Positions 37,383-49,376 of a stretch of 64,000 bases of DNA are shown here, piece by piece. The DNA is taken from IMG/VR virus record IMGVR_UViG_3300043395_002359, positions 1 to 64,000 of that record; one strand, written 5' to 3'. The stretch is from a virus. The position numbers and the translations under genes were made by a program. How positions within the stretch are numbered: position 1 is the stretch's first letter; the number at the start of each line of letters is the position of its first letter. The notes below the pieces were generated by a model, which was given only the letters and a program-made list of their open reading frames with translations, was not told where the DNA came from and ran no database searches.

Positions 37383-38509
37383 TGGCTAACGTCTATGCGG
37401 TAAAAACCGGCAACTGGTCGGACACTACCGTATGGAATACGGGTGTGTTGCCGACAAGTGCGGACATAGTTTATTCTAATAATTATATTGTTACTATTGA
37501 CGCATCGCCCACTGTTCTTGCTTTAACGAATTTAAGCGCAAGTGGAATCACTCAAGGTGGATACTTTTCAGTAACAAGTGCAAGAACTATAACTTGTACC
37601 GGAACTCCTTCTTTTAGTGGTTTTGCTGCTGAAGCTAATATTGCTGGTTATAGTCAGGTTGTCATTGTAAATACAGGGCCCTCCGTTGTTTGTACAATTA
37701 CTGCAAATCCACAAGGCCATGCTGGAACATTAACTACTACTGGAAATGGAACCACGTATCTAATCGGAAATACAAGAGGATTTTTGTATCCATCATACGG
37801 GCCTGGACTGGCCGTTAGTGGCTCATCTACTGTTTATATGACTGGAAATAGTTACGGATGGGGAGGCGCTGGACTAGCGATCAGTGTTGCCAGTGGAGCA
37901 GTAATAAATCTTACTGGTAACGTATATGGATCCCAGATAGGAGGAGACAATGCTCCAGGTATATACGTCGAAGGAACAGCCATTATTACTGGACTTGCCC
38001 AAGCGTCTGGCGGCACTACAACCAGAGAAAACTGTGCCGGTATAAAATTACAGGCAGGAACATTAACTCATGTAGGCAGCGTTATTGCTTCTGTTTATAA
38101 TTTTGGAATAGAGGGTGGTAGTGGATCTTATACTGCAAGTTTATCTGGTCCATTTATTGACGCATCTAACGCAAGAAAAGCGGTTCATCTAATTGCCTGG
38201 AAATGGGTAAGTAGCCCTTCTGCAACATATTGGGAGATCAGGACGAATGATTTAGCCTCGACTAGAAAGCTTTATAGTTCGGGGCATCCAGATGCTGCCG
38301 TAGGTCAACCTGCAGCATCCAATGTTCGCAGTGGAACGGCCTATGGACCTTCCGGCGAGCTAACTGGCACTTGTGTCGTGCCAAATCCCAACTCGGTTGG
38401 CTATGGCGTTCCTGTTGATAACACAACTGGTACTGCAGTGCTGTCTGCTAGCGCTGCTAAGGAAGCCTGTAGCAAGGCTATTGTTCCCGCCCTTATCGCC
38501 CTAGGTTGA
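37382..38509 (+). CDS. Beta-helix-like fibre/adhesin, paralog 1
   Basis: Gly/Thr/Asn-rich TGN repeats; termini near-identical to the next gene. Confidence 0.8.
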   Translation: MANVYAVKTGNWSDTTVWNTGVLPTSADIVYSNNYIVTIDASPTVLALTNLSASGITQGGYFSVTSARTITCTGTPSFSGFAAEANIAGYSQVVIVNTGPSVVCTITANPQGHAGTLTTTGNGTTYLIGNTRGFLYPSYGPGLAVSGSSTVYMTGNSYGWGGAGLAISVASGAVINLTGNVYGSQIGGDNAPGIYVEGTAIITGLAQASGGTTTRENCAGIKLQAGTLTHVGSVIASVYNFGIEGGSGSYTASLSGPFIDASNARKAVHLIAWKWVSSPSATYWEIRTNDLASTRKLYSSGHPDAAVGQPAASNVRSGTAYGPSGELTGTCVVPNPNSVGYGVPVDNTTGTAVLSASAAKEACSKAIVPALIALG

Positions 38510-38510
38510 C

Positions 38511-39536
38511 ATGGCAAACGTTTATGCTGTTAAGACTGGTAATTGGTCTGATACGACTGTATGGAACACGGGAGCACTGCCAACGAGTGCTGATGACGTA
38601 TTTTCGAATAACTTTACGGTTACGATTGATATTGATGTATCGGTAAAAAGTATTCGTGAATATGGAGCCTACAATGGCGGTATTTTTACTATAACAAGCT
38701 CAAGAACTGTTTCCAGTACTGATGGATTTTTTATCGGAACAAATCAGGGTTTTCTAATAGCATTAGCAACGGGCAGGGTTGTAAATCTAATAGGAAATAT
38801 CGTTACTGGCACTGGTGGCAATGGGCGTGGTGTTTACATATATGGAACAGGGGGCACTGTTAATGTAACTGGTAATATCACATCGAATAATCATACCGGC
38901 ATACTTTTGGGCGAAGGAAATGCAGTCAATGTTACATTAAATGTGACTGGCAACGTCTATGGCAGCGCCGGTAGCTATGGATTTGGTATAGATTTCAACA
39001 ACTCTACAAGTTTTGTTTATATTACAGGCAATCTTTATTCTGGCCTTTCTAGTAATGGTCAAGGATGTGCGGTGGGTCTTCCCAGTGGTAGTGCTATTTT
39101 TGATCACGTTGGAGCCTGTTATCCGGCGAATGGAAATCCAGCGTTTTATGGCGCGAGTGGTGGCACTACCGTGACTTTAAGCGGACCATTTTACACATCT
39201 GTTAATGGAACTCACTCAATTTTTGCACCAACGTGGAAATGGAGATCTGGAGTTGTGCCGACTTTCTATCAAGTTCGGACCTCTGATTTGACTACTATTC
39301 GTTCGCTTTATACTGCTGACTATGTTGGCGGCAATCCATCCGTCAGCAATGTCCGTTCTGGTACTGTCTACGGACCCGCCAACGAACTGACCGGCACTTG
39401 TGCTGTTCCCGCTGCCGGATCCGTTGCCCTGGGCGTACCCGTCGATGCTACTACAGGCACCGCCGTGCTGACCATCGATGCCGTCAAACAGGGCTGCAGC
39501 AAGGCCGTTGTGCCCGCATTGATTGCACTGGGCTGA
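38511..39536 (+). CDS. Beta-helix-like fibre/adhesin, paralog 2
   Basis: MANVYAVKTGNWSDTTVWNTG...CSKAVVPALIALG. Confidence 0.8.
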   Translation: MANVYAVKTGNWSDTTVWNTGALPTSADDVFSNNFTVTIDIDVSVKSIREYGAYNGGIFTITSSRTVSSTDGFFIGTNQGFLIALATGRVVNLIGNIVTGTGGNGRGVYIYGTGGTVNVTGNITSNNHTGILLGEGNAVNVTLNVTGNVYGSAGSYGFGIDFNNSTSFVYITGNLYSGLSSNGQGCAVGLPSGSAIFDHVGACYPANGNPAFYGASGGTTVTLSGPFYTSVNGTHSIFAPTWKWRSGVVPTFYQVRTSDLTTIRSLYTADYVGGNPSVSNVRSGTVYGPANELTGTCAVPAAGSVALGVPVDATTGTAVLTIDAVKQGCSKAVVPALIALG

Positions 39537-39574
39537 TTCCGATAATGGAAAACTATTGGGATTGAATCGATTGA

Positions 39575-40405
39575 GTGATTTTTTCGTCCGCTGATATTGC
39601 AAAAATTATTGGTGGCGATCCTGTCATCAGGGCCCTAGCTCGGGTAAAGATCATTGACGGGCGGCCTCCGCTGGAGCCAAGTAATGAGGTAGTAATATAT
39701 ATTAGTCGCTATCCAGTTGCCACGGAATTTCAGGCGACATGGACATTATGGATAGTTGACGTAAATGGCGAACCACTTGATCTTGTTACGGCACAGCTAA
39801 GAAAGCTGCTGCCCGGTTTCGCCGTATCCGAGCAAGGGATAATAATAAAAGCAACTGTAACCGAGCTTAAGTCTAATAAGACAGAGACAAAGCCCGTCAA
39901 AAAGGATCGGCCTGAGCAGTCACTCCTGTCGATGCTACAGGATAAGTTTGACGAACTAAAGCAGTCAATAGACGACAAGTTATTGCTAGTTGGCCCTGGT
40001 AGAGCTGGTCGCGATGGATCACCAGGAAAGGATGGAGCGCCAGGCCGAGACGGACGCGATGGCAAGGATTTAGTAGCAACAGACACTGAAATAGGGGACC
40101 TAAAAGATGTTCACGTAAGCGGTGCCGAAAAAGGTCAATTCTTAATGTTTGACGGCGCCTCATGGGTCGCCAGATTTGTACCGCAACTGATTCGTGCTTC
40201 TGGTGGAGGAGGTGGAAGCGGTACTGGTGGCGGAATAGAGGAGGCGCCTCTTGACGGCAAATACTATGTTAGACAGAATGGCCAGTGGGTTAGTTTAGTA
40301 GACGCTTTAACTGGTCTTGTTGAGATTGACGCTGGCGACTTTACGCTTGGAGTTGCTGAAACCAATAATTCGAATGAGTTAAATGGTGGCGATTTCAGCC
40401 CGTAG
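39575..40405 (+). CDS. Virion protein with short collagen and fibritin/foldon-like segments
   Basis: GRAGRDGSPGKDGAPGRDG; IEEAPLDGKYYVRQNGQWVSL resembles the T4 fibritin foldon. Confidence 0.75.
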   Translation: MIFSSADIAKIIGGDPVIRALARVKIIDGRPPLEPSNEVVIYISRYPVATEFQATWTLWIVDVNGEPLDLVTAQLRKLLPGFAVSEQGIIIKATVTELKSNKTETKPVKKDRPEQSLLSMLQDKFDELKQSIDDKLLLVGPGRAGRDGSPGKDGAPGRDGRDGKDLVATDTEIGDLKDVHVSGAEKGQFLMFDGASWVARFVPQLIRASGGGGGSGTGGGIEEAPLDGKYYVRQNGQWVSLVDALTGLVEIDAGDFTLGVAETNNSNELNGGDFSP

Positions 40406-40434
40406 CAGGAAAACTAATCTGATTCACAGAAAAT

Positions 40435-43400
40435 ATGACGACACCTTCGCCTAGGAATCCAATCAGAATTGCCCGTGGTCTGTATGCAGACTTGTTGGCA
40501 TCACTGAGCGATCTGAAAGAAGGTGAAATCTGTTTTGCACAAGATCAAGACGCGCTGTATATAAAAGAGAATGGTGTATTAACCCTGACATCTGGCGGCG
40601 TCAGTGCAGCGCTAGTGATGGAAATCACTGGTATTGACCAAACCGGCGAACCAATGGGTCATGCCGACGCAACGGAAAGCGATATTTCATTCAACAGTGG
40701 TAACAGGATATTCGCTATTGCTCCATCTGGAGTTTCGTTTGATGTTTGGTGCAAAGGCATCAAGCATACATATCTAAGCGAACAGTCTGTTCAGATACCG
40801 GACACGACTGGATTGTATTATATCTATTTTGATGAGAATGGTGTTCTTCATTATCAGACAACATTCTTTGATCTGCAGAATCAGGCACCAACTGCTTATA
40901 TTTACTGGAATGCCGCTACTGATCAGGCTGTTTATTTTGCTGACGAGCGTCACGGCATAGTTCTTGACTGGCAGACGCATGAATACTTGCATCGCACCCG
41001 TGGTGCTGCATTTGCGCGTGGATTTGAATTAACTGGTTATACGACTGTTGGCGGTGGTGCAGTTGCCGCTGACGCTCAGATCAGTGTTGAAAATGGTACA
41101 TTTTACGACGAGGATATTCAGGTTGATGTAGTCCACTCATCCACGCCGGCGCAGGATACGTGGCAGCAGGACTTGCAGGGCCCTGCATTGATTCCCGTCA
41201 TGTGGAGGAACGGTACGTCGTGGAGTATTGATACGGCTACCGATTTCCCGCTCAAGGCAGGCACCGCCAGGCCGCAGTATAACCTGGAAGGCATTGGTCA
41301 ATCATGGACTGCCGTTGATATTGATGCAAACAAATACGTCAATATGTTCGTTATTGCTACGAACAATCTGAATCATCCGGTAATTGCTATTCTTGGCCAG
41401 AAACAACACAACAATGCGGCCGATGCTCAGACCGAGACTTGGAACACAATCAATCTGACTGGATTTCCATCGCTCGAGTTTCGCCCTTTATATCAGCTCA
41501 CCTATCAGTGCGGCGCATACGGTAACTCGATCTCGGCAAGACTCAGGTCTGCTGTTGATCTGAGGTATAACCAGATCGGTGCAAGTTCTAGCGGCGTTGG
41601 TGCAACTGGTCCTGTTGGTGCTACAGGAGCCATTGGCGCTACCGGCGTTACTGGTGCTGGCGTTACAGGCGCTACTGGTGTAGATGGTCCGACTGGAGCA
41701 AGTGGTCCTATTGGACCTACCGGTCCGATCGGTATTACTGGCGCTACAGGCATTGCCGGTCCTACTGGGGCCAGCGGTCCTACTGGACCGATTGGCATTA
41801 CTGGTGCCACTGGCGTGGTCGGCATCAGCGGAGCCACAGGTATTGAAGGTCCAAGCGGCCCAACTGGTGCCACTGGTCTCATCGGCCCCACTGGTGCGAG
41901 TGGCCCAACTGGTCCTATCGGCATCACTGGTGCAACCGGTGTAGTCGGCGTAACCGGACCAACCGGTGCCACTGGTGTCATTGGCATCAGTGGCGCTACG
42001 GGCATCCAAGGATCTACTGGTGCTACCGGAGCAACAGGTGTCATTGGCATCAGTGGCGCTACTGGCATTCAGGGCTCAACCGGTGCCACGGGCGCAACCG
42101 GGGTGGTCGGCGTCACTGGTGCAACTGGTGTAATCGGCATTACCGGTCCAACTGGTCCCAGTGGTGTTACTGGCGCTACTGGAGTCATTGGTATCAGCGG
42201 TGCCACTGGCATTCAGGGCGAGCCTGGTACAACCGGCGCTACTGGTGTTGTTGGCGTAACTGGCGCAACTGGCGTCACCGGTGCCACTGGCGTCATTGGT
42301 ATCAGCGGTGCAACGGGCCCGAGTGGTCCCACTGGACCTACGGGACCGATCGGTATTACCGGTGCGACTGGACCAATTGGCTCAACTGGTGCAACTGGAC
42401 CACTGCCAGAGACTACTACATATACGGCCAGTTCAATCACCACAGTCAGTGGTAACTATGTTTCTGGCAGCCTGGCCAGCATCCAAACATATGGCGATTT
42501 CAGTACTGGTAACTACTACAGGGTAGATGACTTAGACGCTACAGCACCGGCCTACGAGGTGCGGGTTGGCTTCAGTGGTGTTACTCAATTTAATCGTATT
42601 GTATTCAACGTAAACTATACAAATACTTCAGCCCACACGATTCGGGTTGAATTATATGACTACGTTAACTCTATATGGGTTGAATTTGGTAGATTTTCTG
42701 GACTTGCAACATGGACACAGTTCTTGCTTGGTGTTATTGATAGCACGAACTTTATTTCTGGTGGCAATGCATCACTTCGTTTCTATCATCAGTCTAGTGG
42801 CAATGCGGTCCACCAGAGCCTGTATGACTACGTGGCACTGGAAGATTCACTCCAGGGTGGCCAGGGCCCTCGCGGTGCTACCGGTGTAACTGGTCAGGTA
42901 GGCGCGACTGGCGTTACTGGCGCAACTGGCGTTGCCGGCATCAGTGCAAGCGGTCGTATCTGGTACTTCAGTCAGATCAATTCTGATATTACTGGCTACG
43001 AAAGCCTGGTACCTGATTCGCCGGATTCTGCGCCGCAGGATGACATGACTGCTGTTACTACAAGTAGCAGTGGTGAGGTGTTGATTGAAGAGTTTGCTAC
43101 CGTTGCTGGTGATCCTGGAATCGAAGAGATTCCCACTGGTGAATACGAGATCCGTTTTTGGAGCTATGTATCTAGCAACGATGGCGATACGCGTCTTGTA
43201 TTCCGTGTTTACAGACGCAGTACTGGTGGTACCGAGACGGAACTGTTCTATGTTATTTCGCCAGAGATTAACGCCACTACTGCTAGCTACTACAATCAAA
43301 TCATTGTAAATACTCAGCCAAACGCAATCGATCCCACTGACAGGATCGTCACAAAAGTATACGCAAAAACAACTAGCACCAGCAATATTACTGCACACTT

Positions 43401-44610
43401 TGTTCATTCTGGCAATACACCCAGTTCCTGGAAGACTGCCATTACTTTGGGCTATGTCGGCCCTCAGGGTGCCACAGGCCCGACCGGTGTACAAGGCCCG
43501 ACCGGCCCGATTGGTATTACTGGGGCAACTGGTCCCGAGGGACCGACTGGCGCTACCGGCGTTGCTGGGCCGACGGGCGCAAGTGGTGTTATCGGCGTCA
43601 GTGGCGCAACTGGAGCGACTGGTGTTGTTGGTGTAAGTGGCGCTACTGGGGTTGTTGGCGTTTCCGGAGCTACCGGTGCTACTGGCGTTGCTGGTGGCAC
43701 TGGAGCAACTGGTGCAACTGGTGTTGTTGGCGTATCTGGTGCTACCGGAGTGATTGGCGTTAGTGGTGCCACTGGCGCTACTGGAGTTGCTGGTATCGAT
43801 GGAGCTACCGGTGCGACGGGCGTTGCTGGTGGGCCCGGTGCCACGGGCGCTACTGGCGTGGTCGGTGTTACTGGTGCTACGGGTGTTGACGGTGCTACGG
43901 GCGCTACGGGCGCTACGGGCGTGGTTGGTGTAACCGGTGCTACTGGCGTTCAGGGCGCTACCGGCATCCAAGGCGCTACCGGTCCCACTGGCGCAACGGG
44001 AGTGGTCGGTGATCCTGGCGCTACCGGAGCGACTGGTGCTACCGGCGTCGTTGGTGTTACTGGTGCCACTGGCGTTACTGGTGATCCTGGCGCCACTGGT
44101 GCTACTGGTGTTGGAATCACCGGGGCAACTGGTGTTGTTGGCGTATCTGGTGCTACTGGTGCCACCGGCGCAACTGGCGTTGCAGGGATTGATGGACCAA
44201 CTGGTGCAAGCGGTCCGACTGGTCCAACTGGTCCAACTGGTCCGACGGGACCCACCGGAGCTACCGGCGTAACCGGTGTTGCTGCGCCCAAAGCTATTAG
44301 CGTTCTATTCCCAACAAACGCAGAAAAGATTGCAATGTTCTATACGACATCTGCAATTACAATCAGCGCAATTCGCGTTGTTCTGTCTGGTACTACTCCT
44401 AGTGTTACGTTCTCAATCAGGCACGGCTCTGATTTCTCGTTAGCCGGTACGGAGGTTGTGACTGGCGGCACAACGACTACAAACACTACGACTGGTCAAG
44501 CGATAACCACATTCAACGCTGCCTCCATTGCCGCCAATAGTTTTGTTTGGCTGACGACGACTGCTGTTTCGGGCACTGTTAACTCAATTAATGTCTCCCT
44601 GCAATACTAA
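40435..44610 (+). CDS. Collagen-like fibre protein with long Gly-X-Thr tracts
   Basis: Two long ([12 protein letters not shown])n tracts separated by globular domains. Confidence 0.9.
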   Translation: MTTPSPRNPIRIARGLYADLLASLSDLKEGEICFAQDQDALYIKENGVLTLTSGGVSAALVMEITGIDQTGEPMGHADATESDISFNSGNRIFAIAPSGVSFDVWCKGIKHTYLSEQSVQIPDTTGLYYIYFDENGVLHYQTTFFDLQNQAPTAYIYWNAATDQAVYFADERHGIVLDWQTHEYLHRTRGAAFARGFELTGYTTVGGGAVAADAQISVENGTFYDEDIQVDVVHSSTPAQDTWQQDLQGPALIPVMWRNGTSWSIDTATDFPLKAGTARPQYNLEGIGQSWTAVDIDANKYVNMFVIATNNLNHPVIAILGQKQHNNAADAQTETWNTINLTGFPSLEFRPLYQLTYQCGAYGNSISARLRSAVDLRYNQIGASSSGVGATGPVGATGAIGATGVTGAGVTGATGVDGPTGASGPIGPTGPIGITGATGIAGPTGASGPTGPIGITGATGVVGISGATGIEGPSGPTGATGLIGPTGASGPTGPIGITGATGVVGVTGPTGATGVIGISGATGIQGSTGATGATGVIGISGATGIQGSTGATGATGVVGVTGATGVIGITGPTGPSGVTGATGVIGISGATGIQGEPGTTGATGVVGVTGATGVTGATGVIGISGATGPSGPTGPTGPIGITGATGPIGSTGATGPLPETTTYTASSITTVSGNYVSGSLASIQTYGDFSTGNYYRVDDLDATAPAYEVRVGFSGVTQFNRIVFNVNYTNTSAHTIRVELYDYVNSIWVEFGRFSGLATWTQFLLGVIDSTNFISGGNASLRFYHQSSGNAVHQSLYDYVALEDSLQGGQGPRGATGVTGQVGATGVTGATGVAGISASGRIWYFSQINSDITGYESLVPDSPDSAPQDDMTAVTTSSSGEVLIEEFATVAGDPGIEEIPTGEYEIRFWSYVSSNDGDTRLVFRVYRRSTGGTETELFYVISPEINATTASYYNQIIVNTQPNAIDPTDRIVTKVYAKTTSTSNITAHFVHSGNTPSSWKTAITLGYVGPQGATGPTGVQGPTGPIGITGATGPEGPTGATGVAGPTGASGVIGVSGATGATGVVGVSGATGVVGVSGATGATGVAGGTGATGATGVVGVSGATGVIGVSGATGATGVAGIDGATGATGVAGGPGATGATGVVGVTGATGVDGATGATGATGVVGVTGATGVQGATGIQGATGPTGATGVVGDPGATGATGATGVVGVTGATGVTGDPGATGATGVGITGATGVVGVSGATGATGATGVAGIDGPTGASGPTGPTGPTGPTGPTGATGVTGVAAPKAISVLFPTNAEKIAMFYTTSAITISAIRVVLSGTTPSVTFSIRHGSDFSLAGTEVVTGGTTTTNTTTGQAITTFNAASIAANSFVWLTTTAVSGTVNSINVSLQY

Positions 44611-45287
44611 TGGCCGTAGCACATAGCGCCGCAAGTGAGTCAACAACCGGCACAGCACCGGCCGTCAGTGTTGCATCGTTCACCTGGACACATACTCAAA
44701 CAGGTACTCCGCAAGGTGTACTGATATTCGTATATTGCCTGAACAGTGCAACCGCTACCGCAACATCTGTTACATATGGCGGCATTACGGTTCCGGCAGT
44801 AACTGGTGGTTCTACTTCTGATGCCGCCGGTGAGCCTGGACGTATTGATACTTATTTCCTGGGATCCGGCCTACCTGCGGGTAACCAGTCGATTATTGTT
44901 AACAGGACAAATAATACTGTGCAGATGTATGCAACTGCAGCAACAGTAACTGCTCTATATAATACGGAAGTTAATACTGCTGGTATCGTTCTGCTCAGTG
45001 CCGACCAGGCACTGGTAGAGCAAAGCGTATCAGATGGCTGGCCAGGCTCCTTCAGCGTGCGTTATGCAGGCACTTATTCTGGTCTGCAGACACCTCCAAC
45101 TGCCGGTGCAAACAGCACACTGCTGAACAGTATTGACGCGGGTAACTTCGGTGCTGCAATGGTCAGAGAAACGACTGCCGGCCAAGGCCCAAGAAACGTC
45201 GGTCTGACTGGTGGCTCGGACGACGTTGCCGCCGTTCATCTTGCGATACGCGAGGTAAGACCAAGACGCGTTGTGTTATACACCTAG
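44610..45287 (+). CDS. Fibre-associated hypothetical protein
   Basis: Coupled; Thr/Ala/Gly beta-rich. Confidence 0.7.
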   Translation: MAVAHSAASESTTGTAPAVSVASFTWTHTQTGTPQGVLIFVYCLNSATATATSVTYGGITVPAVTGGSTSDAAGEPGRIDTYFLGSGLPAGNQSIIVNRTNNTVQMYATAATVTALYNTEVNTAGIVLLSADQALVEQSVSDGWPGSFSVRYAGTYSGLQTPPTAGANSTLLNSIDAGNFGAAMVRETTAGQGPRNVGLTGGSDDVAAVHLAIREVRPRRVVLYT

Positions 45288-45318
45288 ATTGGAATACTGA
45301 ATTAGCGATCCTAGCGCC

Positions 45319-45642
45319 TTGAATCCCGCGTCCCTGGATATTACTATTCACCAGCGTGCAACGTTCAGGCAGGCGTTTACGCTACCATTTGACTGCACTG
45401 GGTATACAGTAGTCGCTCAAGTATGGTCCGAAAAGAGAAGGTCGCTGCTATTTGAGTTTACTGTTGAATGGATTGATCAGGCTGCCGGCAGTTTTTATCT
45501 GGTTGCTGATTACCAGGATACGACAAACATGAAGAAGAACGGCATATGGGATTTGATGGTTATTCAACCAAATAACGAGCGGTATTACTGGATTGAAGGC
45601 ACAGCCATTCTTGACCTTGGCGTAACTGATCCCAATGCCTGA
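45319..45642 (+). CDS. Fibre adaptor-like protein
   Basis: [11 protein letters not shown]...WDLMV...YWIEG; GGAATACTG motif variant upstream. Confidence 0.65.
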   Translation: MNPASLDITIHQRATFRQAFTLPFDCTGYTVVAQVWSEKRRSLLFEFTVEWIDQAAGSFYLVADYQDTTNMKKNGIWDLMVIQPNNERYYWIEGTAILDLGVTDPNA

Positions 45643-46396
45643 ACTTGATCCTGTTGTAATAACAACCTATGATCAGGTAAACGTTTCGTGTTCCTGTGAG
45701 GATCCGCCGCAGATTATTGAACTGCAGGCATCTCCAGTAACCGAAACCGTAACTATTGGAGTAGTTGGTCCGCAGGGCTCACCAGGCGCTACAGGCCCCA
45801 TGGGGCCCACTGGACCAAGCGGAACGATCGGTGTTGATGGATCTACCGGGCCAACTGGTCCAAGCGGTCCTACGGGCCCCACAGGCCCCAGTGGCGTTAA
45901 TGGCCCTACCGGCCCCAGTGGTCCCACAGGCCCCAATGGCCCTACTGGTCCAGATGGTTCCACTGGACCCACGGGTCCTGTTGGTGCTACAGGCGCTGAT
46001 GCGCTGTGGAATTTTGTTGGTGAATATAACAATGGCGCTGATTACTACCCTGGCGATGTTGTCACCTACAATGGTGGCACGTATTACAGGATAAATGAGC
46101 CAAATCCTGGGTACCCGCCGACCGATCCTGCTTATTGGACGCCTGTTGCCGAACCCGGAGCATTTGGTGCTACTGGGCCAACCGGTGTTCAGGGTGAGAC
46201 TGGGCCTACTGGACAAACCGGTGCTACCGGTGTTGGCATTACTGGCGCTACAGGAGTTGTCGGCGTTACTGGAGCTACGGGTGTTGTCGGTGCGACTGGT
46301 GCAACCGGCCCATCACTCAGGGATAATATCACTACCAGCACGGCCGATCCGAGTGGCGGCGTAGATGGCGACATCTGGATTAAGTACACCGCTTGA
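45635..46396 (+). CDS. Collagen-like protein with a small carbohydrate-binding-like module
   Basis: GPT repeats; [14 protein letters not shown]...PP....YW; C-terminal [13 protein letters not shown]. Confidence 0.85.
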   Translation: MPELDPVVITTYDQVNVSCSCEDPPQIIELQASPVTETVTIGVVGPQGSPGATGPMGPTGPSGTIGVDGSTGPTGPSGPTGPTGPSGVNGPTGPSGPTGPNGPTGPDGSTGPTGPVGATGADALWNFVGEYNNGADYYPGDVVTYNGGTYYRINEPNPGYPPTDPAYWTPVAEPGAFGATGPTGVQGETGPTGQTGATGVGITGATGVVGVTGATGVVGATGATGPSLRDNITTSTADPSGGVDGDIWIKYTA

Positions 46397-46404
46397 GGTA
46401 AAGC

Positions 46405-48855
46405 ATGGCTACTCTGTATGTTGACTATGAAAACGGCAACGATAATTATGGTGGCACCAGTTTTGCTCCGCTAGCGCAGGGCGCAAATGGTCGTATTACC
46501 AGTACAACTTTTAGTAGCGCTGGTGCGTCGTTCCCGAATGATGGATCTCTGATTGGCCAATATTTAAGTATTTTCAACGGTAGTATCTATGCGGTTTACA
46601 ATATAACGGCCTGGTTATCATCCACTTCGCTTACAATTGCTGCGATATCTGGTGGTACGGCGCTAGCAGACCAGGCAGTAGATCGTCAATATTTTGTTGG
46701 CGGTCGCTGGAAAACACTTACAACTGGAGCAACTACATTAAGGACACTTCCTGGTGATACTATTCGCGTAAAAGAAAGCGCGGCTCCCACGAACCTTGGT
46801 CAAAACGCAACGTGGACTAGCAGCGGCGTATCTCAGAATGCAAAACAAGTTAATTCAAGCACAAATACTGCTCCAATTTCAATTAACTGCACTGCGCACG
46901 GCTATGCCACGGGTGACACAGTTTCGATTTCAGGTCATACAGTTAACACTAACGCCAACGGTACTTGGGAAATTATCAGTACCGGCCCAAATACATTTAC
47001 TCTTAATGGTAGCACGGGAAACGGTGCTGGCGGTGGTGCCGGTTATGCTTATCTGCGTACTAGCAGTCGAGTTTTGTTAACAACTCCTGTTACTAAAAAT
47101 ATTGCTAGTACCGGTGTACGCAGCGCAGCGTGGACAGGTACATCTACGAATGTCACCACTTCACGAATTTCTGACGCCAAAGAAGGAGAGTTATTCGACC
47201 GTATCGCAATTAATAGTGTTTTTACTACTGGCAATGCGGCATATTGGGCTACAGGCGCCCTTGATCTATCTAGTTATCAGCAAGTAAGTTTCTGGATAAA
47301 ACAAGAAAGTGGCACGATTGGAGCAAGTGGCTCAATTGATTTACGCCTTTGCTCAGATACAACTGGCACGACAGCGATTAACATTATCACAATCCCAAAT
47401 CTTGGAGCTATTCAATGTTGGACGCCGATAACTGTAGACTTAGGCGTAAATCTTGGCAGCAATATTCAGAGCATTGCTCTTTACATCAATACTGATAATG
47501 GCGCTCAAACTTTTAGTTTTTCTAATATCATTGCCTGTAAGGCCAGCAGTGCCCCAGATAGCCTAACGCTTACCAGTCTGATTGGTAAAAATACTACAAA
47601 TGAAACATTTTGGGGCATTCAAAGCATCAATGGTACTCGCGTAATGCTCGATAACGGCGTATCTTTCTCGCCAGCAAATTCTACTTTGCGTGGATACTAT
47701 GGTACTAGCGAAACGGTAACAACATGGAAAAGAGAAGCGATAAAACTTGGTCCTTTAGCATCTAGCGGATCTGGTTTATCGGGATTTGAAAACGGTATTA
47801 ACGGTAATCCTACAATATATAGCGGTGGATGGGATAGAACCAATATGAATCTACAGACTTCGGAGACCTGGTTTGATGGTTTGAATGGGAGTGGGACAGG
47901 ATTAAATGCAGATAATTGTAATTGGCTAATATTTGAAAAGTTTGCATTTACTCGATTTAATGCGAATATATCAGCGTCTTCTGCCTCTTGGATTATTCTT
48001 GATATTGTCTCATTAACTAATGCATATTACTACTCGGTGCTCGTAAACTATTCAAATTACATTACCTTAAATATCGGTTTTATAGTTGCATCAGGCAGTC
48101 AAGCGCTTACTGCAACTGGAGGGGTGCGTATTGATGTTACAGTCAGTGGTGGTTTTCTCAGTAATGCTCAAATTGCTGTAGCTGATAATAATCCACTTTT
48201 ATATCTAAAAGGAAGCAATCCATCGGCCTTGATTGCAAATAACCTCGCCGGATTTTCTTTTGGTCAAGGACTCATAAGTGCATACATATCTGACCTAGTT
48301 ATTAGAGATAACAGTGGGTACAGTTTTCTTTTCCCCGCTTTTGGTTCCTATTATCTTAAAAATGTCGCCTACACTAATACGCTTATTGATCAATCGTATG
48401 CAAGTCACATAACAACGTCCCAAAACAATGATCAGACAATCGGAAATCACAAAATATTTATGCGTGGCGCTATAATTAGCTCTGCTACAGACCAGTTTCA
48501 TACTAGCAGTGGGATTAGTTGGAAAATTCAACCAACAAATACAGAACGTAGCGCAAACTATCCGATAATATTTAGTCTTGCTAAAGTTGCATGCGCCGCT
48601 AATAGCTTGGTAACAGTGAAAGCCTGGATGCGCCGTGACAATAGTGGCCTAACAATGCGACTAGTCTGTAAAGGCAATCAAATCACTGGTGTTACCAATG
48701 ACGTAAAGTCATCCGTAGTTGCTGTCAATGCCTGGGAGCAGCTAACCATTGCCTTTACTCCGACTGAAACAGGCGTAGTTGAAATTACTGTTGAAGCTTT
48801 TGGTGGCATCACTTATTCAGGTTGGGTTGATGACCTAACCATTACACAAGCCTAA
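46405..48855 (+). CDS. Tail spike/fibre-like protein (816 aa)
   Basis: LYVDYENGNDN N-terminus, HGYATGDTVSISG...NGTW, beta-helix-like C-terminal half. Confidence 0.75.
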   Translation: MATLYVDYENGNDNYGGTSFAPLAQGANGRITSTTFSSAGASFPNDGSLIGQYLSIFNGSIYAVYNITAWLSSTSLTIAAISGGTALADQAVDRQYFVGGRWKTLTTGATTLRTLPGDTIRVKESAAPTNLGQNATWTSSGVSQNAKQVNSSTNTAPISINCTAHGYATGDTVSISGHTVNTNANGTWEIISTGPNTFTLNGSTGNGAGGGAGYAYLRTSSRVLLTTPVTKNIASTGVRSAAWTGTSTNVTTSRISDAKEGELFDRIAINSVFTTGNAAYWATGALDLSSYQQVSFWIKQESGTIGASGSIDLRLCSDTTGTTAINIITIPNLGAIQCWTPITVDLGVNLGSNIQSIALYINTDNGAQTFSFSNIIACKASSAPDSLTLTSLIGKNTTNETFWGIQSINGTRVMLDNGVSFSPANSTLRGYYGTSETVTTWKREAIKLGPLASSGSGLSGFENGINGNPTIYSGGWDRTNMNLQTSETWFDGLNGSGTGLNADNCNWLIFEKFAFTRFNANISASSASWIILDIVSLTNAYYYSVLVNYSNYITLNIGFIVASGSQALTATGGVRIDVTVSGGFLSNAQIAVADNNPLLYLKGSNPSALIANNLAGFSFGQGLISAYISDLVIRDNSGYSFLFPAFGSYYLKNVAYTNTLIDQSYASHITTSQNNDQTIGNHKIFMRGAIISSATDQFHTSSGISWKIQPTNTERSANYPIIFSLAKVACAANSLVTVKAWMRRDNSGLTMRLVCKGNQITGVTNDVKSSVVAVNAWEQLTIAFTPTETGVVEITVEAFGGITYSGWVDDLTITQA

Positions 48856-48860
48856 GAGCC

Positions 48861-49043
48861 ATGACCTATTACGTTCACGCCGTAGAGCAAGACCTGGCTG
48901 CCAAGTGGTACGCCAGGGTTGTCATCAGCGAAACAGAAGCCCAGTTCTTCAAATTCGATCACTTCCCAACCATGGAAGAAATTCAAGACGCAGCCGTGGC
49001 TTACGTCGCAATGCAGGAGGCGAACAATGCCCTTGCCGAATAA
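48861..49043 (+). CDS. Small hypothetical protein
   Basis: Tight packing in the operon. Confidence 0.65.
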   Translation: MTYYVHAVEQDLAAKWYARVVISETEAQFFKFDHFPTMEEIQDAAVAYVAMQEANNALAE

Positions 49044-49299
49044 AAACAACCTGCAGACCCTGGATATAGCATATTTAGGGCAACCGTTTGTCGAAGTTGA
49101 AGCCCGTAGCCTTAACACCAAATCTCTAGATATTGCCTACTTAGGTCAACCGTTTGTTGTAAGCGCCACGGGATTTAACGTTTATGTAAATGCGACAGGC
49201 GCATGGAAGCAAGTCAGTGCTATTTACGTTAAAGACAATGGCACATGGAAGCCGGCAACCGATGTATATGTAAAAGTTGCCGGAATTTGGAAAGCCTGA
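49027..49299 (+). CDS. Small fibre-associated protein with internal repeats
   Basis: LDIAYLGQPFV x2; YV..G.WK x3. Confidence 0.7.
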   Translation: MPLPNKNNLQTLDIAYLGQPFVEVEARSLNTKSLDIAYLGQPFVVSATGFNVYVNATGAWKQVSAIYVKDNGTWKPATDVYVKVAGIWKA

Positions 49300-49376
49300 T
49301 AAGAAAATTGTGGTAACAATAAATTATCGCAGTCTACTTGTAGCCCGTTATACTGTGGACAGACTCAGACGAGCGC

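Noticed and set aside
41488-46389. Long antisense and alternate-frame ORFs over the collagen genes (PVAPV...)
   Set aside because: Shadow ORFs produced by GGN-NNN-ACN codon periodicity.
19630-49299. Diversity-generating retroelement acting on fibre genes
   Set aside because: No reverse transcriptase and no adenine-specific TR/VR pair noticed; the paralog differences are not A-restricted.
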